A stretch of 64,000 nucleotides of DNA, from contig NC_058368.1 in the NCBI RefSeq assembly GCF_018350175.1, positions 232,378,001-232,442,000 on the forward strand, in the 5' to 3' direction. The notes beneath the pieces were generated by a model, which was given only the letters and a program-made list of their open reading frames with translations, was not told the origin of the DNA and did no database searches. The stretch comes from Felis catus. Its lineage: Eukaryota. Each line of letters starts with the position of its first letter. Position 1 is the first letter of the stretch. Of the stretch, positions 12,691 to 26,069 are shown in pieces. A program made the position numbers and the translations under genes.

Positions 12691-14416
12691 TTCTTCAGAT
12701 TGTGTTTTCTAATTGTATTGTCGTGTAGAGGAAGGAGCCTCAGAGAAAGGTTGCCCCTTATGACTTCAGCTTCTTCAAGCTACTGCCTTCTTCCACACAC
12801 AGGAGGTGCTCAGTGAAGGCAGGCGGCCCCACCAAACCCCTTCCGCTCTAGGGCTCTCAGAAACCCTGTGGCTAGGGCCCCTGACTCAGCGGGGGTGACC
12901 TAGATAAAGCTTGTGTTTACTCATCACCTGGAAAGCCATGAGCTCCAGGGTGGATCTTGGGGAGGTCAGGGTCACAAACGGCTGAGTCCAGACTAAGCCG
13001 GACTATGTAGGAAGATGGGATCCCACCTGGGGACCCAGGAGGGACGTGAGGGAATCCAAGTAGGGGGTGGTCACCCAGGTGACCAAACTCCAGGTGAGAC
13101 GAGGAGGCAGCTGTGTGACCTGTCATCCGTGAGGCTGAGGGACAGGGTTGGGGACCTAGTTTTGCATCCGTGACTGCTGCCCAGACCTGGAGCACCCAGG
13201 AACATAGGAAAAGAGGGGGCCTGCTGAGAGCTGCCCCTCTGGCAAGTAGTTACTAAAACACGGACAAGTGTTCTGTCACACACGGAGAGTGGCCGGGGGA
13301 CATTGCTAGATTCTGATTTGGGGTCCGGGGTCACAGCTGTGCTGGGTGTGTGGGGTCATCGGGGACGGGGGTGCTGGAGGAAAAACAGCATTGGGCGTGT
13401 GAGGAAGGACACACAGGGTCTTCCTGGCTTGAGGCGTGAGGCCCTGGTCAGGCGCCAGGACCCCTGGAAACGGTGAAGACAGAGCCAGCGAGGTCCTTTA
13501 GGAGTGGTGGGTGGGTGGGGACCGGGGGCCGTGTCTGCGAAAGGGAGGCAATCATATCTCTGGTGACGGAAGGCCTTTTAATGGGGGCCTGAGATGCTTC
13601 AAAACCCATGTGTAAAAGAGAGGGTTCATGGAATTATTGTTGTTAAAAGTTTGGGAAAGGAGCTAGTACTTTCTTTGTGGAATAACCACAACCATGGCAC
13701 TACGTTTCCTACACCGATCCTTCTTGTTCTTTGGGGTATAAAGAGTGATAGCACCAAAGTCAGGGTTTGGGAAGGCTTCCCAGGTGACTTTGTAGGGGAC
13801 TGGGAGGGAGTGTGGAGGCAGGAAGACTGGGAGGAGGCAGGGAGGCTGGAGGTCAGAGGCCTCTTCTAGACAGCAGGTGGAGGGAGCTGGGGTGAGGGCA
13901 GCCACCTGACAAGAGCTGAAAACTATCCCTTGTTTAGTGCAGATTTCTGCGTATCATTGCTTTTTAGCACTGAGATTACATAACTGTAAAGGAAGCGTAA
14001 ATGTTAGACGGTCCTGGGCACCGGGGGCTGATGAGACGGCCCTGCTGTTCATTCCTGCAGCCTGCCCCCCACCATCCAATATTGTCCCCACCTGAGACCA
14101 GCGGGAGGCACAGAGGGACACTCATCAAAGGGACAGGTCCACCCAAGTGGGAGAGATTGGAAGCACCCCCCAGTTCACTGTAAAGTGAGACCACAATCTC
14201 CTTGCCTCGAAGACTGACTGAAATCAATAACCAATAACTCTGAGCTTCACTGAGAAGCAATAGAGTGTCCTAGAATGAACCAGTAAAGCACTCAGTCTGA
14301 GAAAGACCATAATTTGTGGCCCTACTTCTGCCTACCCAGCCCAAAAGCTGGGATTAAGGTAATGCTAATATTTTTTAAGGACAATATTATGAAGTTCTAG
14401 TATACACTGAGCTAAT

Positions 14417-14613
14417 TTTATGTGTATATATATATATATATTTATATGCATATGTATATATTTATCTATATGTGTATATATAAAATATATATTTATATAG
14501 TTATATATTTATTTATATAAATATAAATATATATTTATATAGTTTTATGTTTATTTATATAAATATAAATATGTATTTATATAGTTTTATGTATGTGTGT
14601 GTATATATATATA
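14417..14613. repeat. AT-rich (TA)n low-complexity tract with about 42-bp higher-order period
   Basis: AAATAT(A/G)TATTTATATAGTT recurs near 14483, 14525 and 14567. Confidence 0.85.
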
Positions 14614-14639
14614 CTTAAAACTGTATAATTTGGGTATAT

Positions 14640-15060
14640 TACATTGGTAAACAAAACATTCAAAAGATTCATATCAATTTTAGAGTGTTTACAAAACAAT
14701 ACGCAATTGACAGAATAATGAAGCAGCCAAGGGTAAAAATGCAAACACCCAAACATACAAAGGGCCAATAGCTATGTGGAAAAAGAACCAAGTCATACTG
14801 TGATTCAAAAACAGAAAAAAAAAAAAAAAAGAAAAGAAGAGAGAAAGAAGAGACAACAAAGAAAACCATTTCTCACACACCATGTTGATCAGGACAAAAC
14901 AGAATTAGAATATCCTGATGTCAAATTTAGCCCTTTTGTACACTTCTAGGAGAATGATAAACTGACACAACATTTTCAGAGATAACTGGCAAAGTATTTT
15001 AAAAACCTTAAAAATGTGCTTGGCCTTTACCCCATAGCAGAATTCCATGAGGAACAGGCA
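14640..15060 (+). mobile_element. Ancient L1 (L1M-class) ORF2 3' fragment
   Basis: Degenerate match to the L1 ORF2 end (AAACTGACACAACATTTTCAGAGATAACTGGCA...CCTTTACCCCATAGCAGAATTCC). Confidence 0.55.
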
Positions 15061-15089
15061 CTCAAAGAGGGAGATGATAATTACTCCCA

Positions 15090-15410
15090 TCTCAGTGACA
15101 CTCCTTGCTAGGTTTCTGGCTTCAGCAGCTGGGTAGAGCCTCGTGAAAGTGGGAAAGAAGGATCAAGTTTGGGGTGGGAGGTAATGTGACCCATTCACTG
15201 GGGCTCCATAGAGTCACCAGGGCCTTACGTATGGTAGGGTGAACTGTGTGTTGGGAGAAAAGAGAGGTATGAGTGATTTGGGAGTAATGCCAAAGCAATG
15301 AAGGGGATCAACACTGCCATGTTTTTGGTGGGAAATGAGAAGCATGTGGGTAACTGGAGGAATATATAGGACCAAGGGCATTTTTTTTTAAGGATAGGAG
15401 ACTCCTGAGC
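15090..15410 (-). mobile_element. L2 fragment (left part, interrupted by L1)
   Basis: Purine-rich L2-like sequence that appears to resume at about 17105. Confidence 0.45.
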
Positions 15411-17105
15411 ATATTTATTTATTTGTTTATTTACTTATAATAACGTTTATTGTCAAGTTAGCTAACATAGTGTATACAATGTGCTTTTGGTTTCAGGAGT
15501 AGAATCCCATGATTCATCGCTTACACACAACACCCAGTGCGCATCCCAACAAGTGCCCTCCTCAATGCCCATCTCCTCTGCCCCCACCCCCACCGCTCCA
15601 ACCCTCAGTGTGTTCTCTGTATTTAAGAGTCTCTTATGGTTTGCCTCTCCTCCTCTCTGCAACTATTTTTCCCCTTCCCCTCCCTCATGGTCTTCCGTTA
15701 AGTTTTGCAAATTCCACATATGAGTGAAAACATATGATATCTGTCTTTCTCTGCCTGATTTATTTCACTTAGCATAACACCCTCCAGTTCCATCCACGTT
15801 GTTGCAAATGGCAAGATTTCATTCTTTCTCGTTGGCAAGTAGTATTCCATTGTATATATAAACCACATCTTCTTTATCCACCCATCAGTTGATGGACATT
15901 TGGGCTCTTTCCATAATTTTGGCTATTGTTGAAAGCACTGCTATAAACCTTGGGGTACATGTGCCCCTATGAATCAGCATTCCTGTATCCTTTGGATAAA
16001 TTCCTAGTAGTGCTATTGCTGGTCTTCGAGTAGTTCTATCTTTAATTGTTTGAAGAACCTTCACACTGTTTTCTGGAGCGGCTGTACCAGTTTGCATTCT
16101 CACCAACAGTACAAGAGGGTTCCCATTTCTCCACACCCTCGCCAACATCTGTTGTTTCCTCAGTTGTTCATTTTAGCCACTCTGACTAGAGTGAGGTGGT
16201 ATCTTCATGTGATTTTGATTTGTATTTCCCTGATGCTGAACGATGTTGAGCATCTTTTCATGTGCCTGTTGGCCACCTGGATGTCTTCTTTGGAAAAGTG
16301 TATATTCATGTCTTTTGCCCATTTCTTCACCAAATTATTTGTTTTTTGGATGTTGAGCTTGGTAAATTTTGGATACTAACCCTTTATAGATTTTGGATAC
16401 TAACCCTTTCTCTGATATGTCATTTGCAAATATCTTTTCCCATTCCCTCGGTTGCCATTTAGTTTTGTTGATTGTTTCCTTTGCAGTGCAGAAAATTTTT
16501 ATCTTGATGAGGTCCCAATAGTTCATTTTTGCTTTTATTTCCCTTGCCTTTGGAGACATGTCGAGTAAGAAGTTGCTGCAACTGAGGTTAAAGAGGTTGT
16601 TGCCTGTTTTCTTCTCTACAGTTTTGATGGCTTCCTGTCTCACATTTAGGTCTTTCATCCATTTTGAGTTTATTTTTGTGTCTGGTGTAAGAAAGTGGTC
16701 CAGGTTCATTCTTCTGCATGTCTCTGTCCAGTACTCCCAGCACCATTTGCTAAAGAGACTGTTCCTCCCACCACCACCCCCCCCAATGGATACTCTTTCC
16801 TGCTTCACCAAAAATTAGTTGCCATATATTTGTGGGCCCAATTCTGGGTTCTCTATTCTATTCCATTCGTCTATGTGTCTGTTTTTGTGACAATACCATA
16901 CTGTCTTGATGATTACAGCTTTGTAGTAGAGGCTAAAGTCTGGGACTGCGATGCCTCCCGCTTTGGTTTTCTTTTTTCAACATTACTTTGGCTATTTGGG
17001 GTCTCTTGTGGTTCCATACAAATTTTAGGATTCTTTGTTCTAGCTCTGAGAAGAATGCTGGTGCAATTTTGACTGGGATTGCATTGGGTAGTATTGACAT
17101 TTTAA
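15411..17105 (-). mobile_element. 5'-truncated carnivore/felid LINE-1 (ORF2 C-terminal part, 3'UTR, A-rich tail)
   Basis: ORF2 peptides [11 protein letters not shown]...[13 protein letters not shown]...[10 protein letters not shown] and [12 protein letters not shown]; frameshifted; T-rich tail at the left end. Confidence 0.97.
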
Positions 17106-17430
17106 TGCTGATGAAGGGACACAGAGGGTGAGATTAAAGATAGGGCAGAAAGAAGATAATTGCTAGATCAAGGCTGTCAAGAACAGAGGGCGTGTCAGTG
17201 TAGATGGGTCTGCAGGATGGATACCTGGGGAGGAGTTTAGCTTAAGCCAGGAGCACCTGCTCCCAATCAATAGGAGAGAAGAAGAAAATGGTGAAAACAA
17301 ATGAAAGCAATTCTGTAATGGACTGCTGATAAAAATCTAACATAGATCCAATAATGGCTAAATTCCCAGTGATGGTAGAAAGAAGAGCTTCTGGAGAAAT
17401 GGAGGTAGAGTTTTAGCGGAAGGTAAAATA
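17105..17430 (-). mobile_element. L2 fragment (right part)
   Basis: Continues L2-like sequence (AATGCTGATGAAGGG...) after the L1. Confidence 0.4.
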
Positions 17431-18165
17431 CTGAAAATCCAGAGAATGGATTATTCTGTTATAGTTCAGAGACTCAAATGGCCTAGAAGGGAATAAAATT
17501 TCATTTTATTCTGGGATGTGTATTTTAATCTAAAAGGCGTCTTCTGCTAAATATTTGCCGTCTTTACTGTAAAAGACACCATTTATTTAAATTCACACTT
17601 TTAGTAATGATTTTGAATGAATATACAAAGAAACTGTCCTCTGAATATGATATGGCTTCTGTGTCGACCAGTTGTATATTTTCCCACGTACTATTTTTGT
17701 AAGAAACTGGTAGAGTTTGATTTCTATCCTGACTCATAAAACCCAGGGGTTTCATAGGACAAATACATAAGAGACAAAAAAAAAAAAAAAAAAGACGCAA
17801 AAGAACAAACTCACAATAATGTAGTTCAATTTTTACTTTTCATTTGGAGGAACAGCTTCAGTTATTTTGATCCCACATTTAAAAAGGGCAGAGAGAAGGA
17901 TGTTTAAAAGGTTAAGGAAAAAACTAACTTTATAAAAGTATTACTCATAATATCCTGGTGAGAAGTATTGGAACCTGTATGTATTTTCTATTTTCTATCT
18001 TCCTAGAAAAATCTCAGTGGTTGATTTCTCATCATTTAATTCAGTTGCTAATGAGTTGTAAAGTCATTTCCACTGACTTTTGCACTGTGGATGCCGTTCC
18101 CAGGGAAGTACATTTATAAGTGAGTAATACCAATACTGTTTTAAGTGTCAATAATATTATTCTAA

Positions 18166-18395
18166 TTTATTTTATTTTTTTAATGTTTATTTATTTTGAG
18201 AGAGACAGAGGGCTTGCGTGCACACACAAGCATGTGAGTGGGCTAGGGGAGGGAGAGAGGGAGAGAGAGAATCTCAAGCAGGCTCTACACTCAGCAAGGA
18301 GCCTGGCGTGGGGCTCAATCCCACAACCTTGAGATCACAACCTGAGCTAATGTCAAGAGTCCGACGCTCAACCTACTGAGCCACCCAGGTGCCCC
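18166..18395 (-). mobile_element. Can-SINE
   Basis: Reverse SINE ending CACCCAGGTGCCCC; diverged TSD AATA(T/C)T(A/G)TTCTAATTTAT. Confidence 0.93.
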
Positions 18396-18765
18396 AATAC
18401 TGTTCTAATTTATAAGTTGAATTCTGAAGCACTTTATTTAACAGACACCAAAGTATTCTAATTAACTGCCTTATAAGCACAGAGTTAAGCCAGTCATGTG
18501 GGAGCTTTCCACTACACGTTTCACACTCCAGGCAACCCCAGACGTATCCCTTTTCATTCCGCCTTTCCCTTCCTTCTTCCCTCAGCACCACAGGAAAGAT
18601 AACGTATCAGTATGGGGGAAAACACAACCGAACTTTCTAGCAGGTGCAGCAGGATTCCCAGCATGGTACAAATGCTGTGCCTTTTGGAAAAGGACAACAG
18701 GTTCTACTCTGGGAATCGGGGGCCTCAGATTTTCATTCCTTGCTAGTTTTCAAAGACATCTTTAC

Positions 18766-19340
18766 TTTTTTTTTTTTTAATTGGAGTATACCATCTGTAC
18801 AGAAAAGTGCAGAAACCACAGGTATTCGGTGTAATGAATTGTCGTAAGGTGAACACATCCGTGTAAGTGTCACCCACATTCAGAAATAGAGCGTTTGCAG
18901 CAAAGCAGAAACTGCCCTCTGCCCTTCCCTGGCACTGTGCCTTTTCTGTTCCCAGAGGTGGAAAACACTACCTTCACTTCTCATGTCGTCGCTAAGCTTT
19001 GACGGTTTTTGAAATCTTTATTAAAAAATAGTGAAGGATGTACTCTCTTGTGCTTTGCTTGTGTGTTAATCGGACTCATACCTGTTGTTTTCTGTCCATT
19101 CTCATCGCTGTGTAATTTTCTGCCGTGTGAATAAATAAACCATACTTACTTTGTTCAGACATTCTACTGCTGATGGCCACTTGGGTTATCTTCAGGGTTT
19201 TTTTTTCCCTTTCACATATAATGTTGCTAAAACATTCCTATATGCATCTCTTGGTGCACATAGGCACATATTACTGCTGGGTATAAATCTAGGTATAAAC
19301 TTGGCCAGGTGATAGCACATGCATATGATCAGGTTTTTTC
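18766..19340 (-). mobile_element. Ancient L1M (L1MC/ME-like) 3' end
   Basis: T tail then TACAGAAAAGTGCA...GTGAACACATCCGTGTAA...CACCCACATTCAGAAATAGA, typical of reversed old L1 3'UTR. Confidence 0.7.
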
Positions 19341-19372
19341 TAATTGATCCTTAGTGGAAACTCTAGAGAGAG

Positions 19373-19588
19373 CAGGTCTCTCCGTCTCAGCACTATCGAC
19401 ATTTTGGGCTGAAAACTTTTTGTTTTAGGGGACTGTTATTTGCAATGTAGAATGTTTTGCAGTCTCCTTGGCTTCTACCCAGTAGATACCAGAAGCAACC
19501 ACCTTCCTTCCAGCTGTGTGAACCAAAGACACCTACAGCTATTTATATGTTCTGAGAGGCAAAAATCATCCCTGGTTGAGAACAACTA
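19373..19588 (-). mobile_element. MER20 (hAT-Charlie non-autonomous DNA transposon)
   Basis: CAGCACTATCGACATTTTGGGC...TGTAGAATGTTT...CTACCCAGTAGATACCAG...GGTTGAGAACAACT matches reversed MER20. Confidence 0.85.
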
Positions 19589-20027
19589 TAGAGGTTGCAA
19601 CGTGAATTTGTGATTTCAGCTTCTATACATCAAGGAACTCAGAATATTTTACTTCCATTTACTTTCCTTTTATATTTTGTACTATTGTTGCTATATATTT
19701 TAATACTTTAGATACTTAAAACTCAAAACATTATCATTGTTTTAGAAAATTAATGTTCATTTAGCATTTTTTCCCACATATTTATTCTTTCTGTTGCTCT
19801 ATTCTTACTGGTATCTCTGTGAAATATAGATTTTCTGGGCAATTTTATTCAGTATGAAGCTTACAAATTCCATTAGTTTTGTTTGTCTCTTTATTTTGCC
19901 TTTTAAAAATGAATGGCATTTTAGATGGATGCGGAATTCTAGTTTGGCATTAATTTAATTTCAACAAGTTGAAGATCTTATTATCGAGTTGTCTGGCTTG
20001 CATTGTTTCAGTGGGGAAGCCTTCTTT

Positions 20028-20250
20028 TTTTTTTTTAATTTTTTTTTTCAACATTTATTTATTTTTGGGACAGAGAGAGACAGAGCATGAACGGGGGAGG
20101 GGCAGAGAGAGAGGGAGACACAGAATCGGAAACAGGCTCCAGGCTCCGAGCCATCAGCCCAGAGCCCGACGCGGGGCTCGAACTCACGGACCGCGAGATC
20201 GTGACCTGGCTGAAGTTGGACGCTTAACCAACTGCGCCACCCAGGCGCCC
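20028..20250 (-). mobile_element. Young SINEC_Fc-type SINE
   Basis: Most CpGs intact; perfect TSD TGGGGAAGCCTTCTTT at 20012-20027 and 20251-20266. Confidence 0.98.
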
Positions 20251-20410
20251 TGGGGAAGCCTTCTTTGAAAATTTTTGTCCTCGTTGAAAGTTTTATGCCC
20301 CCCTCCCCTCCACTGGCAGCTCTTACAATTTCCTATTTGTCTTAAATTTTAAAAACGTTTATGCTGATGTGTGTTGTTCTTCGTAATTGTTTTCTTGGTA
20401 GGCATTTTAT

Positions 20411-20630
20411 ATTTATTTATTTATTTATTTATTTATTTATTTTAATGTTTATTTATTTTTGAAAGAGAAAGAGATAGAGTGTGAGCAGGGGGAGGGGCAG
20501 AGAGAGGGGGAGAGAGACACAGAATCCGAGGCAGGCTCCGGGCCTGACATAGGGCTCAAACTCACAAACCATGAGATCATGACTTAAGCCAAAGTCAGTT
20601 GCTTCACTGACCGAGCCACCCAGGCACCCC
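20411..20630 (-). mobile_element. Can-SINE with short internal deletion
   Basis: Reverse SINE, (TTTA)n tail, diverged TSD CTTGGTA(G/T)G(C/T)ATTTTAT. Confidence 0.93.
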
Positions 20631-20977
20631 ACTTGGTATGTATTTTATGTCATGAATCTGGAGTTTGATAGTGCCTCTCAGATTTTGAAAGTTCCTGTCA
20701 TTTATTTCTTCGTATTATTGGTTTTCTCCATTATTCTTCTTCATTACTTCCTGGGACTCTAATGGAACATGTATTAGGGTTTTGTATGTTTGTTTGTTTG
20801 TTTGTTTTGGTTTTGTTTTGTTTTTATAAGGGACTATTACACCCCTAACTTTGTTTTCCCCATTTTTAAAGCTATTTTTTTTATCTGTCTTCCAGTTTAA
20901 TAACCCTCTTTTCAGCTCTCAATATCCTGTTGTCAAATCAATCTATGATGTTCTCAATTATATTTATAGGATTTAAC

Positions 20978-21180
20978 TTTTTTTAAATGTTTATTTACTT
21001 TTGAGAGACAGAGTCCAAGCAGGGGTGGGGCAGAAAGAAAGGGAGACATACAATCTGAGGCAGGCTCCAGGCTCTGTGCTGTCAGCACAGAGCCCGATGT
21101 GGGGCTTGAACTCACTAACTGTGAGTTCATGACCTGAGCCAAAGGTGGATGTTTAACCGACTGAGCCACCCAGGTGTGCC
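20978..21180 (-). mobile_element. Can-SINE
   Basis: Reverse SINE; flanking repeat ATATTTATAG at 20960-20969 and 21181-21190. Confidence 0.94.
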
Positions 21181-22219
21181 ATATTTATAGTATTTTTAAT
21201 TTTCTCTTTTCCCCTTGATTAATTTTTATGGCTTCAATTTCTCTGTTGATAATCTCCATTTTTGCCAGCTAATTTCTTGATCATATTAGTATGTGCATGT
21301 ATATAAAGTTTGTGTCTGATAGTTTTAATATCAATATTTGAATTTCTCAAGAGTCTCTGTTTTCTTTTTTCTTCTCTTTGTTTTCTGTCATTTGGTCTTA
21401 TCTTCTGGTTTCTGAAGTAATTTTTAATTTAATGCCATACATATTTGAAAATGTTATAAAGATAATTTGCTCACACCCTTAAAGAGGTTCTATTTTTACT
21501 TCTGATAAATCATCATTAAGCACCATTTTTCCCCTAGAAACATTTGTGAATTAAAAATTTAGAGCCTAGTAGTTCAGAAGCCAGTCAAAAATGAAATCTG
21601 ATGAGGGATTGACAGATTAGAAGCTGGCCTTCATTATCCTGATATTTGGTCCATTTCAGTTTGTTCTTCCTCATGTATGTAGCCTTTCAAGGATTTCCAC
21701 TGAACTCCTGGTTAACTGCCAGGCATTCTTTTCTCTGCTGAGCCATGAACTCCATTTTTAGTCTCGTAATGCAAGGAGACTTCTGGAAGCTTTGTTCAAC
21801 TTCTTCATCTCTCAGCTTTGGTGACCTGATTGGCTGCTGAACCAGGTGAAAATAATGCTTCATGGTGAATGTAATTATTTGTACTTTGTTTCTGGTTTTG
21901 GCTTCTGTTGTCTTGGTAGTTCTGAAAGCCTTCAAACACATATCTCCTTGTGTCTAGTTGTTCTCAGTGGGAGGGGTGCATTGCAACAAGTTCATCCACA
22001 ATTATCAGAAGAGTGAAAATCCACTGGTAACTTGGAAACCTAGCCAAGTCAGCACAAAGTTGGATAATGAATATAGGCACTAATATCATTTAAATAAATT
22101 TGTGATTGTCATGTACCTTTATCCCTTAATCCAACAGAATTTATGTGAGTCCCCTGCCCCAAAGCACTGGGAACCAATGGGGAGTAAGGGGTGGTGAGGA
22201 GGCTCAAGTTTCTGTGGAA

Positions 22220-22395
22220 AGAGAGCATAACTGGGGGTCAGACATCAAGGTATGAATCTGTTTCTGCCTCTTCCGAGCTTCCAGCTCTTTAGGAGACCAC
22301 ACAACTTTCCTGTCTGATCTTTCTCATCTGTGGAATAGAGCCAGCAACCAATCGACCTTCCTCACAGCATTGCTAGGTGGATAAAATAAAACTGA
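22220..22395 (+). mobile_element. MIR fragment
   Basis: TTCTCATCTGTGGAAT core and CCTTCCTCACAGCATTGCT. Confidence 0.55.
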
Positions 22396-25300
22396 GAGAC
22401 TGATAAGGTCTAGACCACTTTTCTAGAATTATGCAGAGAGTGTTTGTACTTTTAATTTGTATCTTGAGTAGAATTTTGTCTTTAGTGGAAGACAAACTAT
22501 ATACAGTGTCTCCTTATACTTGTGTTGTTCCGCAGAGAGAATAAAAGAATGAGAAGAAGCAAACCTTTATTTGGGGTGGTAATTTTATATTATCTATAGA
22601 GCCAAGGCTACCCTACATGCTCTATTTTACCCCCAGTATTTGAAGTTACATGAATTTAAAGGGCTCAGAGGGAAGATAAACGCATTTGATGTCCCTGATC
22701 CTAAGCAGAGTGGCTTAAGGTTTGCTTGGTTCTGACCAGCCTGAAAACATCAAAGAGAGACCAAGATAATTCATTCTCTGTTCTTCCTTCCTCAAGAGTG
22801 CCCCTCAGGGAGGACTTTATTGAGTGTGCCAATAAAGTCAGGGACTAAAGCTCTTGGGAATCGGGAAGACTTATTGCTGGCACCTTAAGGGGGGTTCATG
22901 AAATTCTTGGTAAAAAGGAAACCACTGATCTCCACAGAGTTAAGTGATCCTTAATTATTTGCTGTTCTGGCCACAATTCAAGATCTTAATACACATGAAA
23001 CGGATATAAAACCTGTCTAGTTCTACTGCTATTATCAATGCATTTCATGCGAATCGGGTGACATGAAGTGTCTTCTGTGGCACCAAATAGAAGCAGTGGT
23101 CCTATTATTGATGCCATAGACTAAACTGTCAATTATTTTTATGTGTGCCTGGGTGAATGAAAGATACATTCCAGAAAGAATCAACCGCAGGATAAGTTGA
23201 AAAGGAAGGAGTATATGGAAACATTTACTGGGAGAAAATCGCCAAGAGAACGAGGAATTATGGGTGGCTTAAGCACCTCATATGAGAGACTAGGCATCCT
23301 TCCTCCCTGTCCAGCTCCCCAAAAGGGAGTACCATGCACAGAGATAAGCCTGGAGGAGAGAAAATTGGGTTTATGTTAATAATGAAGAGGAGATAACAAG
23401 CTTAAATGCAGTAACGACTAAAACCTGAAGACGTTTATCGCAGACGCTGTTAGCTGGTCAATTTACTTTAAAATCCTGCGTGATTTATGCATATGATTTA
23501 TGTATCTATAGTGGAAAGTACTCTTTCCTCACTCCCTTCCTTGGCAAACTAGTCATAGATCTATTACTGTTTTATCAAAATTACATTGAAACATTGTCCT
23601 ACAAACACCTATTTTAAAACGGTTATAAAAACCTGCCATCTCTTGTAATGTGTTTCCCTGGAAGCAAATTAAAAAAAAAAAAAAGAAAAGAAGATAAAAA
23701 CCACAAACAGAAGTGTGGATCATATGACTATGGGATACTTCATATAAAAACCTCTATAAACTATATGTAGGGAAATTGGAAAGAAAAGTATAAGTAGCAA
23801 ATGAAAACATATGATAATGCAGCTGAAGTATAATCACAAAACCTGATACAATAAAAATGATTATGATAGAGTTATGATGATTGTAATTCAGTGTAGAATA
23901 AATGAAATGATAATATGGAGTACAATAATTACCAATAGCCTCTCTTAGCATCGCCCCATACTCTGCTGATATTTGCTTTTGAAAAATTGCTAGGATTTCG
24001 TTATTTTTTCCTATGAGGAAAATAGAGAGTTACCCAATCATTTCAAAACATATTTGCAAACAACTTTCAAAGGCATTAGTCCAGCAAGGCCTTTTCTTTG
24101 CAAAGATTCTTGTTATTTCCATTTCTTTCTCCATATAGGAAGGTGACCCGTGCTGCCTGTTTGTTACCGTTTAAGCAAACCAACCTGGCCATTCTACCTG
24201 CAAAATATATCCGCATTCTACCTACTTCCTTCCCTCCCTCTGGGTCTGGTCTTCCCTCCTCCTATCCCAGTAGCCAGAATGACATCCTCCCCCGACCCCT
24301 CCCAGCAGTGAGATGCTGTCCTTCTTCTCTCAAACCTGGTATTCTGGAAGCCATCTTTGCCGATTTCACCTTCAACCACCTGCTCCCCTCCTGTGTGCTC
24401 TGGGCAAAGCAGCCAGAGTGACCTTGTCAACCCGTGGCTGGATCCTGCCAGTCCCCTACTGTGAACCCTTCATGGATTCCAACTGCAAGTGTGCTAAAAT
24501 AAATAATCCCTCATGTGCCCTTCAAGGCCATGCACGGCTGAGCCCAGCCCTCTCACTGCCCCCACATCTTGACACCCCCTCTTCCTCTGTTCCTCCTCCC
24601 TATATCACCCCTTCCCCCACCTGCTTCCCTCCCATCCATCCTGTCCGGCTCAGTGTGAATATGGTCCTGGCTGAAACAGTCCTGACCCCCGTCTAAAATC
24701 AGGGCCCCGACACCAGGTATTACTTTTCATAACTGCCTGTTTATAAGACTTACCACAACGTACTGCGAAAAATGTTTCTCTTCTTTGGTTAACTTCCCTT
24801 TTCTGCCTGTGTCTGAAGGCAGAGTAATGGTGCATATCTTGCCTCTCACTGAGTCCAGTGTAGAGTGGGCTAAATAGTTGGTTGATGGAATGCGTGATAT
24901 GAGCGCTCAATAATGATATTCTAGACTCCTCAAGAGAACCCACAGAAAATTATGAAAAGTTATTTTTTATAGTTTGTTGCATAGTTTTTGTTTACATTAT
25001 AATATAATTTGTCTTTGACTTTTAGAATAAAATCAATATCTTTCATGTGCATACGTATGTGTGTGTGTGTATTTAAAAGTGCCTTTGCTTCTCGCGTCTT
25101 CCAAATATCCGTGAAGAAAAAATGGGCAATTACACCCATTTTACCGAAGTCCCAAATGCAGCTTATTTGCGTGCATGCCCAGTAGTTTTCTTTACAGCAA
25201 TGACGGCAAATGAGTAAATGCTGGTCATTCTTTGATTCTTCCTTTGCCTCCAATGTCAGCACCATATTCTAAATGTATCAATAAGGAAGGAAGTGGGATC

Positions 25301-25589
25301 ACCCATTCGGGCTCTACAATGTCTGAGATCCTACAAGGCCGTGACATTCAAAAAACAGAAAAAACAAAGAATAAAAAGCAATGAGTGCTCTGCTGGGCCC
25401 TTTGAATATTATATCACGTTTAGTTCCCTCAACAAGGCAAGAAGTAAGCATGTCCAGTTAGAGATGAGGAAAACCAAGTCAGAGGAATGACTGGAATTGC
25501 GAGTGGTTGTACATGTTAGGGTTAAAATGTGAAGACAGGTGTCCGTGACTTCATCCAAAGCCCATATTTACTCCTTTTAAAAAAAACTT

Positions 25590-25820
25590 AATGTTGTATT
25601 TTACTTATTTATTTATTTAACCCAATATATCCAAAGATAATCATTTCAACATGTGTTCAGTATAAAAAGTATATGGGATATTATACACTCTTTTTTTCAT
25701 ATTTGGTCTTTAAATCTCATGTGTCTTTTATGCTTATAAGCACGTTTCGGTTTGAACTGGGACATGTCAAGGGTTCAAAAGCCACGTAGGGGTAGTGACT
25801 TCCTTCTAGGACAGTGTGGT
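25590..25820. mobile_element. MER33-like hAT-Charlie fossil
   Basis: TTTAACCCAATATATCCAAA...ATCATTTCAACATGT...AGCCACGTAGGGGTAGTGACT...GGACAGTG matches recalled MER33. Confidence 0.75.
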
Positions 25821-26069
25821 CTGTTGTGCAAAAGAATCCATACAAATTTCTAAATTGTCATAAGCAACATAATGTCAGGCCTGTGAGAATAAGCTTTCAT
25901 GTGTCTGAATCGTTCAGCTGAACCAAATGCATTTACGGTGAATCAGAGAATGATCCCATAAAACACTTGATTTCTACATGTCCCCTAGATATGCCCCTGG
26001 ATTTTTCAGCAGCGTCTACTGGTTTACCTGCATATTAAGATAAATCATATTTTACTTGATTGAGAATGA

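Larger units (their letters stand above)
19600..22010 (-). mobile_element. Ancient L1M fragment hosting three SINEs
   Basis: T-rich reversed L1 5'/ORF1-like motifs (GAATTCTAGTTTGG, CTGGCTTGCATTGTTTC, CTGGGACTCTAAT). Confidence 0.55.

Noticed and set aside
16335..16811. 158-aa ORF and neighbours as a functional gene
   Set aside because: Frameshifted, 5'-truncated L1 ORF2 with no endonuclease or RT core.
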